From an uncultured Rhizobium sp. (GTDB lineage Bacteria > Pseudomonadota > Alphaproteobacteria > Caulobacterales > Hyphomonadaceae), in the NCBI GenBank assembly GCA_964550535.1, contig CAZJZQ010000001.1, positions 2,099-66,098 on the forward strand: a stretch of DNA of 64,000 nt. The letters are read 5' to 3'. Both the position numbers and the translations under genes were made by a program. The notes under the pieces are model-generated. The model did not search any database. It saw only the letters and a list, made by a program, of their open reading frames with translations, and had not been told where the DNA came from. Shown piece by piece: positions 56,300 through 64,000 of the stretch. The stretch's first letter is position 1. Each line of letters opens with the position of its first letter.

Positions 56300-57250
56300 A
56301 TGTGGTGGGACAAACCCGGTAAAGTGAAACCGCAGACGGAACCCAAGCCGTATCCGTTCATGCGGCTGCGTTTTCCAGGGTTTATCCTGACGGCGCTGAT
56401 CATCATCGCGACCACCGTGTCGCTGGCGACCCGGGGCTTGAACCTCGGCCTCGACTTTACCGGCGGCATTCTCATTGAGGCCGAGCGGGCCGAGCCGTTC
56501 GATTTCGCCACCGTACGCGAGCAGATCAACGACCTGGGTTTCAGCGAAAGCCAGGTTACAGAATCCGACGCGGGGCGTGTGGCGATTATCCGCCTCGCGG
56601 TGGACACGACCGGTTCGGACGTCGAAGCTGCGACCCGGCAGGTTGAATCGGCGCTCGGGCAGGGGGTGACGATCCGCAAGACGGATGCTGTTGGCCCCAA
56701 GGTCAGCGGCGAACTGATGCAAAAGGGCATCCTGGCCAGCGTCCTCGCCTGTCTCGCCATTGGCGCCTACATCTGGCTCCGTTTCGAATCGAAATTCGGC
56801 TGGGCGGCCTTCCTGACCACCTTCCATGACGTTTATGGGGTCATCGGCCTGTTCTCGATCACTCAGATGACGTTTGACCTGACGATTGTGGCTGGCGTGC
56901 TCACGGTGGCAGGCTACTCGATCAACGACACGGTCGTGGTCTTCGACCGCATTCGCGAGATGTTACGGAAATTCAAGAAACTGCCGCTGCCCGAAATCAT
57001 CGACATCGCCATCACCTCAACCCTGACACGAACGTTGATCACCTCAATCGCCACACTGCTGGCGACAGCCTCGATGATCGTGCTCGGCGGGCCGGTGTTG
57101 TTCGGTCTAGCCGTGTCGATCACGTTCGGCATCATGGTGGGCACGTACTCGTCCATCTTCGTGGCCGCGCCGATGCTGATGCACCTGCCGGGACGTATTC
57201 CCGGCTCCAAGCTCGCGCAAGGCGATCAGGCGGCGCCGGCTGCTACATAG
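56300..57250 (+). CDS. secF: protein translocase subunit SecF (full length, no adjacent secD)
   Basis: FMRLRF...GLNLGLDFTGG...VGPKVSGEL...GYSINDTVVVFDRIRE...TLTRTLITS... is collinear with E. coli SecF over its whole length. Confidence 0.9.
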   Translation: MWWDKPGKVKPQTEPKPYPFMRLRFPGFILTALIIIATTVSLATRGLNLGLDFTGGILIEAERAEPFDFATVREQINDLGFSESQVTESDAGRVAIIRLAVDTTGSDVEAATRQVESALGQGVTIRKTDAVGPKVSGELMQKGILASVLACLAIGAYIWLRFESKFGWAAFLTTFHDVYGVIGLFSITQMTFDLTIVAGVLTVAGYSINDTVVVFDRIREMLRKFKKLPLPEIIDIAITSTLTRTLITSIATLLATASMIVLGGPVLFGLAVSITFGIMVGTYSSIFVAAPMLMHLPGRIPGSKLAQGDQAAPAAT

Positions 57251-57395
57251 GCGGCGTCTGCTTTTGACTGGTCAGCAAGCGTATCGGCTGCCTATTGTGA
57301 CGCTGGGATAAAGGGCCGGCAAAGACCGGCCCATGGGCGCCATACCCCCGGGGAGGGGTGCATACGCGCTCCCGTTCGGGGCGGAGGGGTGATTG

Positions 57396-58745
57396 ATGGT
57401 GAGTCTGGGACCGGCCGCCGATGGCGAACGACGCAAGACGCCCATTTACGCCCAGCTTTATGTCCAGGTGCTCGCCGCGATTTTGATCGGTGGCCTGATC
57501 GGCCATTTCTACAGGGGGGAACCCTGGATCGCGGAGTATCTGAGCCCTCTTGGCCAGGGCTTCATCAAACTGGTCAAGATGATCATCGCGCCGGTGATTT
57601 TCCTGACGATCGCCATCGGCATCGCCGGCATGCGGGACATGGGCAAGCTGGGCCGCGTGGCGCTTCGGGCGTTCAGCTACTTTCTGTTCTTCTCGACGCT
57701 CGCGCTGATCATCGGCTTGGTCGTGGCCAACGTCTTCCGCCCCGGCGACGGGATGAATGTTGATCTCGCCACGCTGGACGCTGGCGATCTATCGCGGGTT
57801 CAGGGCTATGAGGCGCAAGCTCATGACGCCAGCGTTATGGGGTTCTTGCTTAGCGTCATCCCGGACACGTTCCTGAGCGCGTTCACAAGCGGGAATATCC
57901 TGCAGGTCCTCTTCATCGCGATTCTGTTTGGCATATCGCTCGCGCTGGTGGGCGACCGCGCGCAACTCGCTGTCGATGTGATGACGTCCGTTGCTGCCGC
58001 CGTTTTCAAAATGGTCGGCATCCTGATGAAAGCGGCGCCCATCGGCGCATTTGGGGCGTTCGCCTTCATCATTTCCAGTCAGGGCATCGAAGCCATCGTC
58101 CAGCTCGCAAAGTTGATTGGCGCAGTCTATCTGACCTCGATCGTCTTCATCGTTGCCGTTCTCGGTGCGGTCGGCATGTGGGCCGGGTTCTCGATCTTCA
58201 AGCTGATCCGGTATCTGAAGGATGAGCTTATCCTCGTACTGGGAACCTCGTCATCCGAGTCCGCGCTGCCGGCTCTGATGGAAAAAATGGAACGCGCGGG
58301 GTGCGCCAAGCCGGTCGTCGGGCTGGTCATCCCGGCGGGCTATTCGTTCAATCTCGACGGTACAAACATCTACATGACACTGGCCGCGTTGTTCATCGCC
58401 CAGGCGACGAACACGCCCATTACGCTGATGGATCAGATCGTGCTGCTGCTTGTAGCGATGCTGAGTTCCAAGGGCGCGGCGGGCGTCACGGGGGCAGGGT
58501 TCATTACGCTGGCGGCTACGCTGGCCGTGGTGCCGACAATCCCGATCATGGGCATGGCGATCATTCTGGGCGTCGACCGGTTCCTCTCGGAATGCCGCGC
58601 CCTCACGAATTTCATCGGCAACGCCGTGGCCACCATCGTTGTCAGCAAGTGGGAAGGCGCTTTGGACCGAGACAAGCTCCAGCTGGCCATGTCATCGAAG
58701 CCGGCCCCATCGACTGCGAAATCCGTGGAGCAGGACGCCGATTAG
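57396..58745 (+). CDS. dctA: dicarboxylate/amino acid:cation symporter (DctA-type C4-dicarboxylate transporter)
   Basis: [12 protein letters not shown]...[14 protein letters not shown]...SSSESALP...[14 protein letters not shown] 57396 is preceded by GGAGGGG. Confidence 0.9.
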   Translation: MVSLGPAADGERRKTPIYAQLYVQVLAAILIGGLIGHFYRGEPWIAEYLSPLGQGFIKLVKMIIAPVIFLTIAIGIAGMRDMGKLGRVALRAFSYFLFFSTLALIIGLVVANVFRPGDGMNVDLATLDAGDLSRVQGYEAQAHDASVMGFLLSVIPDTFLSAFTSGNILQVLFIAILFGISLALVGDRAQLAVDVMTSVAAAVFKMVGILMKAAPIGAFGAFAFIISSQGIEAIVQLAKLIGAVYLTSIVFIVAVLGAVGMWAGFSIFKLIRYLKDELILVLGTSSSESALPALMEKMERAGCAKPVVGLVIPAGYSFNLDGTNIYMTLAALFIAQATNTPITLMDQIVLLLVAMLSSKGAAGVTGAGFITLAATLAVVPTIPIMGMAIILGVDRFLSECRALTNFIGNAVATIVVSKWEGALDRDKLQLAMSSKPAPSTAKSVEQDAD

Positions 58746-59422
58746 GCGAATAGGGCATCCACCAGACCCGCCGCCCAAACAACCGTCTGACCGGCGGAGG
58801 GCGAGTGGGGCGCTGGCAGCCGTGGCAACCCGGTCCAGCGGCCCAGTTCATCAATCAGATGCGCGGCGCCATCGGAATCGGGTTTGGTTTCGCTGACCAC
58901 GACAGCGCGTACCTTCAGCCCCCGCCTCTGCATCACGTCCAGCGCGGTGAGCGTATGACTCACCGCACCGAGATAGTTCGTCGCGACCAGCAGAACCGGC
59001 AACTGCAATTCGACGGCGAGATCGAGGTTCGTGTGCGTATCGGTCAGCGGCGACATCACGCCGCCAGCGCCCTCAACAAGAAAGGGGCCGCTGGCGGGCC
59101 GCCGGGCCTGAATGAAATCCAGAAGGCTGCGCCACTCAAGTTTGATGCCTGTCCGGCGCGCCGCAACGTTGGGCGCGAGCCATTCGCTGAACGATTTCCA
59201 GCACATGTCGGCGACAGCCTCGCCGGTCACCGGCCGGCCCGCCGCGCTCAACAGCTTGCCCGCGTCAGACGCCGCCAGATTGGCGGGATCAAAGCCGGAC
59301 ATCAGCGGTTTCAGCGCAACCGGCGTATCCCCGCGCCTGGCAAGTTCCCGGATCATCGCCGCGAGAACGTGGGTCTTGCCGCAGTCCGTGCCGATGGCGG
59401 TGACGAACAACCCCTTGGTCAT
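58742..59422 (-). CDS. bioD: dethiobiotin synthase
   Basis: [20 protein letters not shown]-loop, ...EGAGG... ATGA overlap with the bioF stop. Confidence 0.85.
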   Translation of the reverse strand: MTKGLFVTAIGTDCGKTHVLAAMIRELARRGDTPVALKPLMSGFDPANLAASDAGKLLSAAGRPVTGEAVADMCWKSFSEWLAPNVAARRTGIKLEWRSLLDFIQARRPASGPFLVEGAGGVMSPLTDTHTNLDLAVELQLPVLLVATNYLGAVSHTLTALDVMQRRGLKVRAVVVSETKPDSDGAAHLIDELGRWTGLPRLPAPHSPSAGQTVVWAAGLVDALFA

Positions 59423-60600
59423 GACGATGATCCATCTGTTGCGGTCAGGCCGCGAACGGCCATCGCGAGACGGCGCACGTCCTGCTCCTCATGCGCGGCG
59501 GAAAAGGTGAACCGAAGGCGCGCCCCACCTTGCGGCACAGTTGGCGGGCGGATCGCCGTCACCAGAAAGCCCTGTTCCAGGATATGATTCGAGGCGCGCA
59601 TCGCCCGCTTCGTATCGCCCAGAATCAGAGGCACGATAGCGCTTCGCGGCGCCGGAAGACCGGTGAGTTCGCAGAACAGGCGGGCACGTTCTAGAGCCCG
59701 GCCGCCAAGATCCGGCTCGGCCTCGATGATCTCCAGCGCCGCCAGAGCAGCGCCGAGAACCGCCGGCGGAAGGCCGGTGGTATAGATGAAGCTGCGAGCA
59801 CGGCTCGTCAGCAGATCAATGAAAGCCTCAGGCCCGGCGACATAGCCGCCATAGCCGCCAATCGCTTTCGACAATGTGCCCATCTGGACATCGGCCGGGT
59901 TGTCGATGTCGACAACGCCAAAGCCATGCGCATCATCCGTCATCAGCCACGAACCGGTCTCGCGGCAGACCGCGTGCAGATCGGACAGGGGGGCGAGGTC
60001 GCCATCCATCGAGAACACCGTCTCGGTGAGCAGCAGCCCTCTGGCGTTCGCCGGACGATTCGAAAGAAGCTGCCGGGCCTGCGCCACATCGTTGTGAGGG
60101 AACATGCATACGTTCGCGCCTGACAGGGCGGAGCCGGCGTGCATGCAGGCATGGCTGAGTTCATCCATGACGATGAGATCACCAGCGCCCACGAGAACCG
60201 GCGCCGCGCCGATATTCGCCAGATAACCCGACCCGAAAACTCGCGCCGCTGGAGCGTTCTTCATTCGCGCCAACGCCGCCTCCAGTTGCGCATTGAGCGG
60301 GCAATCGCCCGTGACCAGGCGCGACGCTCCCGAACCTGCGCCATACGCTTGCGCAGCCTCCGCAGCGGCCTGCACGACCCTCCGGTCCATCGCAAGACCA
60401 AGATAATCATTGTCGCAGAATGAGATGAGCGTCCGGTCGCCGCGCGAAGTCTGTCCCGGGGCCAGCCTCCGGGTTGGGGTGAGCTGGCGGCGAATGCCCT
60501 GCGTGTCGAGCTGGGCGAGTCGCGCGGCTGCGAATTCCTGCAAGCTTGGGGAAGGGCGTTCGGTCATCAATCCGGACGGGGCTGTCAGGGTCGTTTGCAT
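59419..60600 (-). CDS. bioF: 8-amino-7-oxononanoate synthase
   Basis: Alpha-oxoamine synthase pattern with PLP-lysine motif GTLSKAIGGYGG. Translational coupling to bioD supports the BioF assignment. Confidence 0.9.
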   Translation of the reverse strand: MQTTLTAPSGLMTERPSPSLQEFAAARLAQLDTQGIRRQLTPTRRLAPGQTSRGDRTLISFCDNDYLGLAMDRRVVQAAAEAAQAYGAGSGASRLVTGDCPLNAQLEAALARMKNAPAARVFGSGYLANIGAAPVLVGAGDLIVMDELSHACMHAGSALSGANVCMFPHNDVAQARQLLSNRPANARGLLLTETVFSMDGDLAPLSDLHAVCRETGSWLMTDDAHGFGVVDIDNPADVQMGTLSKAIGGYGGYVAGPEAFIDLLTSRARSFIYTTGLPPAVLGAALAALEIIEAEPDLGGRALERARLFCELTGLPAPRSAIVPLILGDTKRAMRASNHILEQGFLVTAIRPPTVPQGGARLRFTFSAAHEEQDVRRLAMAVRGLTATDGSSS

Positions 60601-60671
60601 GGCCCCGGAAAGGGACTATCCGCTGAGGCTCGAAGATACAACGTCCCGTCTGTACCGCAGGGAGATCACGT

Positions 60672-61937
60672 ATGGGCGATCCGGATTGGCTGAAGGGCGC
60701 GGACAATGTCTGGTTGCCCTATGCCCAGATGAAAACCGCTCCGCGCCCGGTGGGCGCCGTGGCCACCCACGGCTCACGCATACGGCTGGCGGACGGCCGG
60801 GAACTGATCGACGGCATCGGCAGCTGGTGGACGGCCGTGCATGGCTACAACCACCCGGCGATTGTCGAAGCTGTACGGCGTCAGCTGAATGTGATGCCGC
60901 ATGTGATGCTCGGCGGTCTGGTGCATGAGCAGGTCTGCACGTTGGCGTCCCGCCTCGTGAAGATGTTGCCGGGCGACATGTCGCGCGTGTTCTTCTGCGA
61001 GTCCGGTTCGGTGGCGGTTGAAGTCGCCTTGAAGATCGCTGTCCAGTACTGGCGGAACACGACGGGCAAGGCGCGTACGAAGTTCGTCTCGTTCCGAGGC
61101 GGCTACCACGGCGATACGTTCGCCACCATGGCGGTCTGCGATCCTGAAGACAGCATGCATTCGATGTTCGCAGGATCGCTCGCCGAGCACTGCATCATCG
61201 GCCTGCCGGAAGACGAGGCGGGCGAGGCGGCCATGGATCGCCTGCTTGGAGAGCGTCACGACATAGCAGGCGTCATCACCGAGCCGTTGTTGCAAGGCGC
61301 GGCGGGCATGCGGATGCACAGCGTGGAGACGCTGCAACGCATGAGGCGGGTGTGCGACCGTCATGGCGTGCCGCTTATCTTCGACGAGATATTCACCGGC
61401 TTTGGCCGCCTGGGATCAATGTTCGCGGCAGAAGTCGCGGGCGTGACGCCAGACATCGTAACGCTCGGCAAGGCGCTGACCGGCGGAGTTGCGCCTCTGG
61501 CGGCGACAGCCGCAAGCCGGAAAATCTACGACGCATTCCATTCCAGCGACCCGGCCCATGCTCTGATGCATGGCCCGACCTATTCAGGTCATGCGCTGGG
61601 GTGCGCCGCAGCCAACGCCTCTCTCGATCTGTTCGAGCGTGAGCCCCGGCTGGAGCAGGTCGCGGATATCGAGGCGGCCCTTAAGACCGAGATGGAGCCT
61701 TTGGGCCAGATTTCGGGGGTGGCGAGTGTGCGAATAAGGGGGGCGGTCGGCGCGGTAGAAATGAATTCGCCGTTCGATATCCAGGCGGCCCGCCGGGAGT
61801 TCATCGAGCAGGGAGTTTTCATCCGGCCGATCGGTAAGGTCATCTACCTTTCGCCCGCTTACACGATCCCTTCCGATGATCTTGCGACTCTGCTGCGGGC
61901 GCTGACGCGAACGGTGAATATGTTGGTGAGTCCATAG
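60672..61937 (+). CDS. bioA: adenosylmethionine-8-amino-7-oxononanoate aminotransferase
   Basis: WLPYAQMK...SWWTAVHGYNHP...DEIFTGFGRLG...GKALTGG. It is divergent from bioFD. Confidence 0.9.
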   Translation: MGDPDWLKGADNVWLPYAQMKTAPRPVGAVATHGSRIRLADGRELIDGIGSWWTAVHGYNHPAIVEAVRRQLNVMPHVMLGGLVHEQVCTLASRLVKMLPGDMSRVFFCESGSVAVEVALKIAVQYWRNTTGKARTKFVSFRGGYHGDTFATMAVCDPEDSMHSMFAGSLAEHCIIGLPEDEAGEAAMDRLLGERHDIAGVITEPLLQGAAGMRMHSVETLQRMRRVCDRHGVPLIFDEIFTGFGRLGSMFAAEVAGVTPDIVTLGKALTGGVAPLAATAASRKIYDAFHSSDPAHALMHGPTYSGHALGCAAANASLDLFEREPRLEQVADIEAALKTEMEPLGQISGVASVRIRGAVGAVEMNSPFDIQAARREFIEQGVFIRPIGKVIYLSPAYTIPSDDLATLLRALTRTVNMLVSP

Positions 61938-62113
61938 CGCCGATTTTCAGCCTGTGGCAAAAATTGTATTGTGATGCAGTATTTTTGGGTTAAAAATACC
62001 CCAAAATAGCAAAAACACTGTCGCGTGGAAGTCACATTGATGGCTGAACTGTGACGCTCGCGGCGCGCTCGGCACATTTTCGATTGAAAGGCTGAAAAGC
62101 ACCGGGTGTCATT

Positions 62114-62153
62114 GCTCACGCGCCAAGGTCAGGACGGCGTGAGCGTTTTTTTT
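62114..62153 (+). terminator. rho-independent terminator (plus strand)
   Basis: GCTCACGC-15 nt-GCGTGAGC followed by G and T8. It lies 177 nt after the bioA stop, with no ORF in between. Confidence 0.65.
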
Positions 62154-62271
62154 CATCGGCATTCTGGGGTAGAAAGTCATGATTCAGCGTCGCACGAGGC
62201 TGCGAGCCGCTGTCCTTTGCGAGCCCTGGCGGGCGGGTGAAATCCTAAGACGACACCGGACGGCCAGACGG

Positions 62272-62305
62272 AAAGGGCGGACCTTGCGGTCCGCCTTTTT
62301 CCTTT
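62272..62305. terminator. bidirectional intrinsic terminator
   Basis: AAAGGGCGGACC-ttgc-GGTCCGCCTTTTTCCTTT, with an A-tract upstream and a T-tract downstream. It lies 23 nt beyond the stop of the minus-strand acyl-CoA ligase gene. Confidence 0.6.
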
Positions 62306-62327
62306 GAGACGGCGGCTGAGGCGGGGG

Positions 62328-63905
62328 TCAGATCTTCTTGGTGCGGCCGCGCCAGTAGGGTTCGCGGACCTGTTGGCGGAGGACTTTGCCGGCGGCGTTG
62401 CGAGGCAGGGTGGCGACGAAATCGACCGTTCGCGGACGCAGGAAGCCCGGCAGTTTGTCCTTCGCAAAGTTCAGGATGGATTGCGTCATCTCTTCGCCGG
62501 CAGAGAAGCCCGCCTTCAGCTCCACTACCGCCTTGATTTCCTCGCCCCAATCCTCATTGGGAACGCCGACGACCGCTGCATCGGCGATGGCCGGATGACG
62601 GATCAGAACCTCGTCGATTTCTACCGGATAGATGTTAACGCCGCCGGAGATGATGAGTTCAGCCGTGCGGCCTGTCAGGAAGAGGAAGCCCTCGTCATCC
62701 AGCTTCCCCATATCGCCCAGCGTGTACCAGTCACCGCGATAGGCGCTCTGCGTTTTCGTGACTTCCTTGTAGTATTCAAACCGGCCGGTGGCGGGCGCCT
62801 GGATATAGATGATGCCTTCCTCGCCCTGCGCGACTTCGGCGCCTTCGGGGTCGAGCAGGCGGATGGCGACGCCTTCAACTGGCTTGCCGACCGTGCCCGG
62901 TTTTCGCGCCCAGTCGTGCGAGTTGACGAACACGCCGCCGCCCTCGGTCGAAGAATAGTATTCAAATAGTACGGGTCCGAACCAATCGATCATCGCCTGC
63001 TTCACATGGGCCGGGCAGGGCGCCGCGCCGTGGATGACCCATCGCATTGTCGAAATGTCATACTTTCGGCGCGTTTCTTCAGGCAGCTGAAGCATGCGAT
63101 GCATCATTGTGGGCACAAGGTGCGTATGCGTCGCCTTCAGTTGTTGGATCAGCCGCAGCGTCTCTTCGGCGTCCCACTTGTCCATCAGATAGACCGTGAC
63201 GCCCTGGTTCATTGGCGGCGCCAGATTCAGACCGAGCGGCGCAGCGTGGTAGAGCGGCCCGGCCACCAGCGCGAGATCGGCGTCCGGATTCCACGCGGCG
63301 GTTTCATTCACCTTCGCCGTGAGCTGGGACACTACCGGCTTGGTCGCGCGATAAACGCCCTTGGGCCGTCCTGTCGTGCCGGACGTATAGAGCATGGTCG
63401 AGCCCGGCTCGCCGTCGGGAATGTCCGAACCATCTTCCGCGGCCAGCGCCGCAGCATAGTCTGTATAGCCTTCAATCGCACCGGCATACGCCAGCTTTAC
63501 AGCAAGCTGTTTGGCGACCCGCGCCGCTTCAAGCGCGGCCGTCGCAAACCGCGCACTGGTGATCAGGGCCCTGGCGTCGCAATTATCGATCACATACGCG
63601 GCCAGCTCCGCCGACTGGTGCCAGTTCACGGCGGTGAGACGGAAGCCCGCCCGCTGACACGCCGCCCATGTCTCTACAAACTCGGGCGAGTTGTGCGCCA
63701 GCAGCGCGACAGCGTCCCCTGACGTCAGGCCGGCGCGCCGCAGCGCCCGCACAAGCCGGTTGATGTTGGCGTTTAGCTCTGCCCAAGTCCGGTTGCCGCT
63801 CTGGGACAGGACGGCGGGATTAGACGGGCGTTTGCGTGCATGCACCGCCACCTGCATCCCACGCGCAACAAGTTCGTCGTCAGTCAGTTGATCGGCTTGC
63901 GACAT
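62328..63905 (-). CDS. AMP-forming acyl-CoA synthetase / ligase
   Basis: AMP-binding motif MLYTSGTTGRPKGV, ...YYSSTEGG..., GDMG..DDEGFLFLTGR, ...LPRNAAGKVLR. The start is taken at MSQADQL (63905). Confidence 0.85.
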   Translation of the reverse strand: MSQADQLTDDELVARGMQVAVHARKRPSNPAVLSQSGNRTWAELNANINRLVRALRRAGLTSGDAVALLAHNSPEFVETWAACQRAGFRLTAVNWHQSAELAAYVIDNCDARALITSARFATAALEAARVAKQLAVKLAYAGAIEGYTDYAAALAAEDGSDIPDGEPGSTMLYTSGTTGRPKGVYRATKPVVSQLTAKVNETAAWNPDADLALVAGPLYHAAPLGLNLAPPMNQGVTVYLMDKWDAEETLRLIQQLKATHTHLVPTMMHRMLQLPEETRRKYDISTMRWVIHGAAPCPAHVKQAMIDWFGPVLFEYYSSTEGGGVFVNSHDWARKPGTVGKPVEGVAIRLLDPEGAEVAQGEEGIIYIQAPATGRFEYYKEVTKTQSAYRGDWYTLGDMGKLDDEGFLFLTGRTAELIISGGVNIYPVEIDEVLIRHPAIADAAVVGVPNEDWGEEIKAVVELKAGFSAGEEMTQSILNFAKDKLPGFLRPRTVDFVATLPRNAAGKVLRQQVREPYWRGRTKKI

Positions 63906-64000
63906 ACATTCCCTCCCGCGAGGCGGTCTGTAGCCGCCTCTCCCGGACTCGCGGCACCATATCGGTGGGGCGTCCACGAGAGCAACCTGTCCGCATCAAC

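Noticed and set aside
55332-56327. 331-aa plus-strand ORF
   Set aside because: It is antisense to exoD and runs into secF. It is extremely rich in Arg/Gln/His/Asp/Pro, with no TM segment or domain signature.
57251-57395. Sigma-54 (TGGCAC-N5-TTGC) promoter upstream of dctA
   Set aside because: The only weak resemblance is CTGGTCAGCAAGC. It lacks the GG/GC spacing, so I do not call it.
60601-60671. BioR-type operator (TTATMKATAA) in the bioF / bioA divergent region
   Set aside because: The 71-bp spacer is GC-rich and contains no TTAT...ATAA-like palindrome.
62121-62137. CCAAGGTCAGGAC in the terminator loop resembling part of SRP/4.5S RNA
   Set aside because: The similarity is a few nucleotides only. 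The conserved GGAA/AGCAGCC helix-8 elements are absent.

Overview
GC-rich chromosomal segment with strong GC3 bias and many long spurious antisense ORFs. It looks like alphaproteobacterial core genome, and the content is Caulobacterales-like: a divK-pleD cell-cycle and c-di-GMP module, an lgt/MidA/pgeF block, a DUF374-waaA-lpxK-lpxL LPS block, queA-tgt, sodB and bioFD/bioA. I call about 73 protein genes, 2 tRNAs (Trp-CCA on the minus strand, Lys-UUU on the plus strand), one gene remnant and a few intrinsic terminators. A partial prs gene at the left edge is missing from the ORF track. Genes are tightly packed, with many 1-4 nt start/stop overlaps and several convergent pairs whose stop codons abut or overlap. 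I found no CRISPR array, IS element, integrase, prophage or recognisable defence island, and nothing I can defend as a clearly new multi-gene system. The most interesting leads are: (1) a CheY-like pseudo-receiver, with His at the phospho-acceptor position, carrying an Arg-rich Y-x-GP-x-RR tail reminiscent of c-di-GMP-binding Cle proteins; (2) a secreted five-EF-hand protein in an operon with an OmpR/HK pair; (3) a tight ridA-GDPD-DUF482(FemAB-like)-HIT operon of unknown pathway; (4) divK-pleD followed by DUF2093 translationally coupled to an M23 peptidase; (5) an OmpA-family protein coupled to a membrane-anchored coiled-coil protein with a duplicated WRxRYLExRVRxLE motif; (6) a gene remnant next to tRNA-Lys; (7) an orphan secF; (8) bioFD/bioA without bioB, flanked by a dicarboxylate symporter and an acyl-CoA ligase, next to an AT-rich ORF-free spacer with two intrinsic terminators. 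All product calls come from motif and family recognition by eye. No database search was run.
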